Made by a program: the position numbers and the translations under genes
Shown: one piece after another, positions 56,401-64,000 of the stretch
How positions within the stretch are numbered: the first letter of the stretch is position 1
Layout: each line of letters begins with the position of its first letter
DNA from: Eledone cirrhosa
Lineage: Eukaryota
Assembly: GCA_964016885.1 (NCBI GenBank)
Contig: OZ024740.1
Coordinates: 376,960,001 to 377,024,000 of the forward strand
Direction of reading: 5' to 3'
DNA: 64,000 nucleotides
The notes under the pieces: model-generated
What the model saw: only the letters and a program-made list of their open reading frames with translations
Databases searched by the model: none
Told to the model about the DNA's origin: nothing

Positions 56401-58469
56401 AATGATATACCTAGAAAGTATTGCGTTATATAACAGTACCTTACTCATCGAAGAATAGAAGACTTGAATCTACTCATCACTATTGGTATACGTATAAAGT
56501 AAAAGCCATGAAGTCACAACACTGAATGCACCAAAGCGTTTATTTAGTTGCTCTGTTTATCTAATTCTATCATCATAGTGCGAAGCGGGGTCACTATGAA
56601 TATAGTAGAAATATTGATTTAAGGTATTTCTGTTTTGTATTCTTTCTTTTATTGTTGTAGTCAAGTTACCAGTCATCACAAATTTTGTCTTCGTTCTTGG
56701 TATGTAATTTTAGTTTATATTTCGCCGTTGGCAGTTGACTAAAAATAAGATGGCAGATACAGTTTCTACAAACGAGTAGCCTTTGGGCACTGACCTTGCT
56801 TCTAATACATTTCTGTACTATTCCCCTGATCAATACTACACAATAGTGCACGTCTACTCTATAATGTATTACACTAAGCTGCACACTTTACTATGTCACA
56901 ATTCAATACCCCATATTCAATAAAGTTATTTACAATAGGAATAATAGCAGCAACACCAAGAAAAACCTGATAGGCTTTCTGCCAAAATTCAGTTTACGCT
57001 GCATATAATACAAAATATGGCGAGGGATAGATAAGAAAGTATTGTTGTTGGTTTCTCTTTTTTCTCTCCATTGGAATAAAACAGAACAAAAACTTCTAGA
57101 AAATATATAATTGATAGCGTATCCTTCAGAATATTCCTTCCTTATATTTACTTTATTAACCACAATAAAGGTGGAATACAAAGTTGACCTCAGAATTCAA
57201 AGTCGATTTCAATCGGTTTTCCACTGCGACCAATATAGAGAAATGCATTCAAGTTGAGGTTTTGAGGTTTAAACTCACTCAATTGTCTACCAATTATAGG
57301 AAAGGATATTTTTTAACATTGACACAAACCACAAATTATTAATATAGATGTATAGCCGACTGAATCGAATCAATATATGCCTCAGGCATGACACTAAACT
57401 GCATCCAGTGGTGAGTCTCCAGTTCGAGAGTGCTTGGGTTCTGGAGAGTATGGCATTACCCCCTTAAGCCCCGTTACTTCCAAGTTCGCTCTGGCCAGAG
57501 CCGGTAGTAAATGTCAGGGCCATATCTATGGATTAGATAATCTTAGTGGCAAGGCTCGTCGTGCCAAGAACCTGAATCTACCTAAATGTTTTGTAGCATC
57601 CAAGATCCACGCCTCAGTCTGGGTAAATGACCCGTACCTCAGAGGAAGTTGTTTGGGCCAGACTTTCAGCTGTGTCAGGCTGACCCGCATCGGCCTGAAC
57701 AGCCACGAAACACTTCAACTAAACCAATAAGTGGGAAGGAAGCATCCAGTAAGTTCTGCTTTGTAGTATATAGTAAAAAAAGATAAAGTATGGAGAATTT
57801 GGATCAGAACCGAACTATCAGCGTCACCTGTTAGTTGGTATCAGGAGTGGTAATATGATTGGCGTGAAAGTCATTCGTGGTTTTGGATAACATTGATCCT
57901 GACACATTGTGAATCTATATGATGTTTACCATGGTTTTTTTTATTTCTATTTTTATAACTACATATATTTTCAGCTATAAATGTTATTTGTTAATGAAAA
58001 TTATTGATATATAATTTGAACTTAGCTGTTCATTTCTATCTTCAACTAAACACTATTGTAGTGATACATACTAACATGTGTATATAAGATACATATTGAA
58101 TTTCTCCGATGAAATACCTACAAAACACTGCACTGATGATTACGTCATAGGTCATAACGTGCATGAGATAAATAAAGTAGATTAAATGCATTAAGGCTGT
58201 CATTATTTGACTCTTTTTCCTTTTCCAAATTTTGTTTAGAAATCTAGCTTTAATATCTAAAGAAAAACCACATAACTGCTTCGGTAAAGAGGTGATTAAG
58301 AACAAGAGGATGTATTGAAAACAAAGAAATTTCGGCATCGATCTTCAATAATCTTTAATTTTTTTCACGTGGTAGAATGTCTCACAGATAACTTTAATCA
58401 AAAGCGAGTACTCAGTAAGATGATAAAGAACGCGAAAACAAAAACATTTCCACCGTAAAAAATAGTTGG

Positions 58470-58511
<42 letters not shown>

Positions 58512-58646
58512 TATATATATATATGTGTGTGTGGGTGTGGGGGGGAGTGTGTGTGTGTGTGTGCGTGTGCGTGCGTGTGTGTGTCTGTCTGTGTGTCTGT
58601 GTGTCTGTATGTGTGTGTGTGTGCCTGCGCGTGTATGTGCGTGCAT

Positions 58647-58779
<133 letters not shown>

Positions 58780-58973
58780 TAAGTTTAAACGCTATATAAC
58801 AGGATATATCAGTTGCGAAACAACTAGTATTTTGTACATACTCATAGAGAACAAATAATATGTAAATAAATATACATACTTCTATAACTGATGCTCTGAA
58901 CTGAAATTCGTGGAGCCTTGTACTGAGAACCATTATTGATATATATTTTCTATGTATTGATTAAACCTAAAAG

Positions 58974-59060
<87 letters not shown>

Positions 59061-59315
59061 CAGAGAGATTCGTACTTCGGCAGGGTCGAAAACAAGCGAA
59101 TAAATATATATATAAATATATATATATATAATAAAGAGTCAGCTCTAGCCGTTTCAATAGCTAGTTCCAGACTAGTGAGTTTCGAACTAGCTATTGAAAC
59201 GACAGGAACTCAGTCATCGGGGTTCTGATACTTTATAATATACCCATACTCAACTACCCCAATTATCGAGTAATCTGGTGAGTAAGGGTCTAACCAGTCT
59301 CAAACTGAATCCGTC

Positions 59316-59354
<39 letters not shown>

Positions 59355-59367
<13 letters not shown>

Positions 59368-60634
59368 GGAGTCCTTCATCAGTGACCCTCCAACCGTCCC
59401 AGGCATTTCATCGCTTTAAGGGCCATATACCTCAGGTTGGTGCGAACAACGGCTAAAAAAAGTCGTTGGGACACGTAAATAAAGAGAACGTTAGGGTGAA
59501 CAAACAAAATGGTTTAAGCAACAGAAAGTGAGAGGAAAGAGACAAGTCCCAGATTTCTATGAATATAAACTCGATAAAATCGTGAACTACTAGAGAATAA
59601 AGACCATCAGACCTGGTTGAAATGTGAGCAAGGAAGGAATTTCGCACAGGTCTAACGGGAGGAAGAAGAAGAAGGGGTCTGGTCTGCGAATTCGGTAAAC
59701 ATAAGTTCTGTGAAGACGCAGACGAGAGAGAGAGAGAAAAAAAATTCATACCGGCTTGGCCAAGAGTGCGCGAGAAAAGAAATCGGACAGGTCAAGCGGG
59801 AAGAAAGAGGAGTGGAGGAGAGGTAGTGACAGGGTATGAGTGAGTGAAAGTTGAGGAAGAGGCTAACAGAGAGAGAGACTGCTAGAAAGGGTAAAGATAC
59901 AAAGAGAGAAACAGACGGGTGGCAGCAGAGGAAAAAATATGTGTAAATATGATAATAATGGAGCTGCCTTTTGCAACGCCGCAGCTCCATTATTATCATA
60001 TTTACACATATTTTTTCCTCTGCTGCCACCCGTCTGTTTCTCTCTTTGTATCTTTACCCTTTCTAGCAGTCTCTCTCTCTGTTAGCCTCTTCCTCAACTT
60101 TCACTCACTCATACCCTGTCACTACCTCTCCTCCACTCCTCTTTCTTCCCGCTTGACCTGTCCGATTTCTTTTCTCGCGCACTCTTGGCCAAGCCGGTAT
60201 GAATTTTTTTTCTCTCTCTCTCTCTCGTCTGCGTCTTCACAGAACTTATGTTTACCGAATTCGCAGACCAGACCCCTTCTTCTTCTTCCTCCCGTTAGAC
60301 CTGTGCGAAATTCCTTCCTTGCTCACATTTCAACCAGGTCTGATGGTCTTTATTCTCTAGTAGTTCACGATTTTATCGAGTTTATATTCATAGAAATCTG
60401 GGACTTGTCTCTTTCCTCTCACTTTCTGTTGCTTAAACCATTTTGTTTGTTCACCCTAACGTTCTCTTTATTTACGTGTCCCAACGACTTTTTTTAGCCG
60501 TTGTTCGCACCAACCTGAGGTATATGGCCCTTAAAGCGATGAAATGCCTGGGACGGTTGGAGGGTCACTGATGAAGGACTCCCCCTTTTTTATATGTAAC
60601 CCTTTTGCAACGCCGCAGCTCCATTATTTTCATA
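59355..60634. mobile_element. 634-bp-period element as a giant palindrome (inverted copy plus one unit with terminal direct repeat)
   Basis: Arms 59355-59967 and 59981-60595 with a 13-nt spacer; 59967-60000 repeats at 60601-60634; (TA)n on both sides. Confidence 0.93.
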
Positions 60635-60812
60635 TATATATATATATATATATATATTGCAATAACCACACATACTGAATTCATCCGCCAAGACTAGGGG
60701 TTGTCTCCCTTCTAACCTCCCACGTGGGTTCAGATAACGGTCAGTTCCTTAGCTTTGCATGGAACTAAATGCCTGTTGAAAAAGTGACTTCCTTGTTCGA
60801 TCATCATACCAA

Positions 60813-61001
60813 GGTGGATTGGCAGTATCAGCAGAGGGTCGGACGATATGCTTTGACGCAAAGAGTTACGTCCCTTTACGATATGAGTTCAAATCCCGCC
60901 GAGGTTAACTTTGCCTTTCATCCTTACGGGGTCGATAAAATAAAGTACCAGTAATGTACCGGGTAATTGCTGGCCTTGTGCCAAAAGTAGAAACAATTAT
61001 T
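60813..61001 (+). mobile_element. tRNA-derived SINE (Meta-core-like)
   Basis: Family match. Confidence 0.85.
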
Positions 61002-61390
61002 TGTTTAAGCAGACAGTACCTGATTTAGGAGTTGCAGAAACCCCATATTGGATTTTACCACAGTTTCCAGAGGTCCGGGTATAATTTTCAATCATATTTT
61101 ATTATTTGTTTGACACAAATAGCTTGGTCGTTTCTATGGCTTTGCGGATAATGGTTTAACCATCATCCCAGTGTGTTTGGCCTTTCAACGTATACTATTG
61201 CTCTAGTTCACTCGACTCGTTTCTACGGCTGAGCAGCCTAATTTGCATATAGAGTGAGTTAATCGGCCGGGTGCGCCGAAAACGATAAACGGATTAACTC
61301 ACTCGATATGCAAATTAGGCTGCTCAGCCGTTAATATACATAAGGAAAGTATATACTTTCAGACGTTCACTCATCTGGTAGGAAGGTATA

Positions 61391-61431
61391 CGGTGTTGAC
61401 GATAGCTAATAAGCTTGAAACTAGTACATTG
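61391..61431 (+). ncRNA. Hammerhead copy 1 (C3 to U variant)
   Basis: CGGTG-TTGACGA-TAGCT-AATA-AGCTT-GAAA-CTAG-TA-CATTG. Confidence 0.6.
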
Positions 61432-61819
61432 TTCCTTTGTCAGTGTTGAACAAAAGAGCAACGATGGTTGCTAAACACTGTACGGTTTAATTCGGGATGT
61501 TTGTTTACAAACACACGAGCATTATAATAAATGTTCGGTAAATCCATACGTGCATATATATATGTGTGCATGTATGTATATATATATACATACTACTGTA
61601 CGTCTGTATACATATGTGTATGTACGTATACATACTTATATTTAAGTAACAGCCGTACTAAGAGTGAGAAATGAAATTTCGTTTCATTTTTTCCGTTTAT
61701 CGTTTTCGGTGCACCTGGCCTATTAACTCACTCGATATGCAAATTAGGCTGCTCAGCCGTTAATATGCATAAGGAAAGTATATACTTTCAGACGTTCAAT
61801 CATCTGGCAGGAAGGTATA

Positions 61820-61860
61820 CAGTGCTGACGAGAGCTAATAAGCTTGAAACTAGTACATCG
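61820..61860 (+). ncRNA. Type I minimal hammerhead with intact core
   Basis: GTG-CTGACGA-GAGCT-AATA-AGCTT-GAAA-CTAG-TA^CAT; palindromic stem III ACTAGT. Confidence 0.8.
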
Positions 61861-64000
61861 TTCCTTTGTCGGTATTGAACAAAAGAGCAACGATGGTTGC
61901 TAAACACTGTAAGGTTTAATTCGGGATGTTTGTTTACAAACACACCGAGCATTATAATAAATGTTCCGCAAATCCATACATGCATATATATATATATATA
62001 TATGTGCATGTATGTATATGTATATATACATACTACTGTACGTCTATATACATATGTGTATGTACGTATACATACTTATATATATATATATATATACAAG
62101 CAAATTATAAACGTAAACATGTAAGTATGTTTTTGAAACGGTGCGCGAGTTTGAAATTAGAAATTAGAAATGCAGATATGAAGAAATGCAGGTGTTCCAA
62201 TAACAATTTCCTTCTTTTTAACAAAACCAATAATGTTTACGAAGTCGACAACACTACTTACAGCCACTTGGCTCATAACGTTATTACCTCTAAATATAAG
62301 AAGGCTAACCCTATGGCCTACTAGGACATCAATACAGAGGCCAAAGACCTTGCGGCCGCCCTTAGGGTGAGTAAGAAGCTACAATGTTTAGCTAAGAGGG
62401 AGGCGTTCCTCACCCTGAAAGATCACAAGGTATCTTCCCCACGTGTAGACTACTAAACGCGGCACGCACGGATATGGGACTAGTCAGTAAGGCCATAATT
62501 AGAAACATAGTTAAGACCATTAGGACCAAGTCCAACCTGCCCCAGTGGGAGAACAGCGACTTCGTCATTAAGTGGTTTAACTCCTTCAAATCCAAAAAAA
62601 CGAAGTTCACGCAATTCGACATTGTAGATTTTTACCCGTCGATTTCAGAGACCCTGTTAAACAAAGCGTTGTACTTAGCTACCACTTACACTACCGTCCA
62701 TGTTTTAGACAGGGAAATCATCGCTCACTGCCGGAAAACCCTCCTCTTCAACAACGGCGTAGCCTGGGCAAAGAAGTCAACCATTTCAGAACTATTCGAC
62801 GTCTCCATGGGATCGTTTGATAGCGCTGACGTATGCGACTTGGTTGGCCTATTTATTTTAGACATATTGCGTGTTAGATTCCCCGACTTCCACACGGGAC
62901 TATACCGCGACGATGGCTTCACCTTATCGAGCCATAAAAGTGGTCACGACCTCGATCTGTTTAAAAAAGACCTAAATTCTACCTCTGAAAGATCACAAGG
63001 TATCTTCCCCACGTGTAGACTACTAAACGCGGCACGCACGGATATGTGACTAGTCAGTAAGGCCATACTTAGAAACATAGTTAAGACCATTAGGACCAAG
63101 TCCAACCTGCCCCAGTGGGACAACAGCGTAGATTTCTTAGACATTAATTTAGACCTTCGCACACACACACACCTACAGACCCTTCCATAAGCTTAACGCA
63201 AAACTCAATTACATTCATAAGGACTCATGCCACCCTCCCACTGTTTTTAGAAACTTCGTAAATAATATCAGTACTAGAATCTCTAACCTCTCTTCTAATA
63301 AGGCTATCTAACACGGCGTTAGCTAACAGTGGCTTATCGCAACCTATCACTTACCCACCCACTAACAACAACAGCACTAAGAAAAGAAAGCGTAACAATA
63401 GACAAACTATCTGGTTCTCTCCTCCTTTCTCACTCAACGTTAAAACTAATGTCGGAAAATCCTTTTTAGCCCTCTTAGATAGACACTTTCCCATAGGTCA
63501 CAAATACCTCTCTATCTTTAACAGACACAAAGTAAAACTAGGGTACTCCTGCGCTAGGAATATGAAGGCCCACATCACCAACAGCCCTAAGAGCAACACC
63601 CTACCCGGGTGCTCTTGCCGAAAGCCTGAAGCTTATCCTCTTCAACAGCAATGCAACACACCCGCTGTAGTTTATGAAGCTGTGTTCACTTCCAACCGAC
63701 CAAATCAACCACAGGAAGTCAAATCCTATGTGGGTATGGCGGAGGGCCGATTTAAGGAACGCTTCCTGAACCATCAGTCGACCTTTATGTACCCGGACAA
63801 ACGATCATCCACGAAACTCACGAGCCACGTATGGTCCCTCAATGGAATGCAATCACTAAATCCAAGCCATACGCAAGGGGTAATCCGTCTTGTGGACTAT
63901 GTATTGATGAACGGATAAATATTCTAAAGCGATTACGCAATAGCGATTGCCTAAACTCAAGAAATGAATTCTTCACACCGTGTCCACATGTCTAGAAACA

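Larger units (their letters stand above)
61225..64000 (+). mobile_element. Penelope-like element (YRDD-type RT, C-terminal GIY-YIG) with tandem and inverted 5' pseudo-LTRs; runs off the window
   Basis: QFDIVDFYPSI, MGSFDSADVCDLVGL, GLYRDDG, VVYEA..SYVGMAEGRFKERF..H; 429-nt tandem repeats upstream; stops and frameshifts. Confidence 0.85.

Noticed and set aside
59453-60497. Mirror ORFs MAAEEKICVNM.. on both strands (up to 192 aa)
   Set aside because: A by-product of the palindrome and a CT-rich tract; the homologue at 14 kb does not keep the frame
62121-62191. GTAAGT..TGCAG as a retained PLE intron
   Set aside because: No polypyrimidine tract or frame evidence; cannot be supported

Overview
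Eukaryotic, AT-rich, microsatellite-dense genomic DNA made almost entirely of transposable elements. No host gene can be called with confidence. The tRNA-derived SINEs with a Meta-type core and the long (TA)n tracts suggest an octopod cephalopod (inference). Contents: two R4/Dong RT-RLE retrotransposons plus a truncated copy; a near-full-length L1/Tx1 element nested in a (TAA)n tail; CRE-clade and RTE relics; at least four Penelope-like elements (PLEs) with minimal hammerhead (HHR) motifs; more than a dozen SINE copies; and several fold-back structures sitting in (TA)n. The most unusual item is a non-coding element with a 634-bp period, present as a partial tandem (13.9-14.7 kb) and as a 1.24-kb palindrome (59.4-60.6 kb). 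It carries all hammerhead core nucleotides in a non-standard, pseudoknotted order, and one helix is supported by compensatory changes between the two loci. A tRNA-Ala(GGC)-like cloverleaf inside a fold-back repeat is also notable. Boundaries of decayed elements are approximate and were read by eye.
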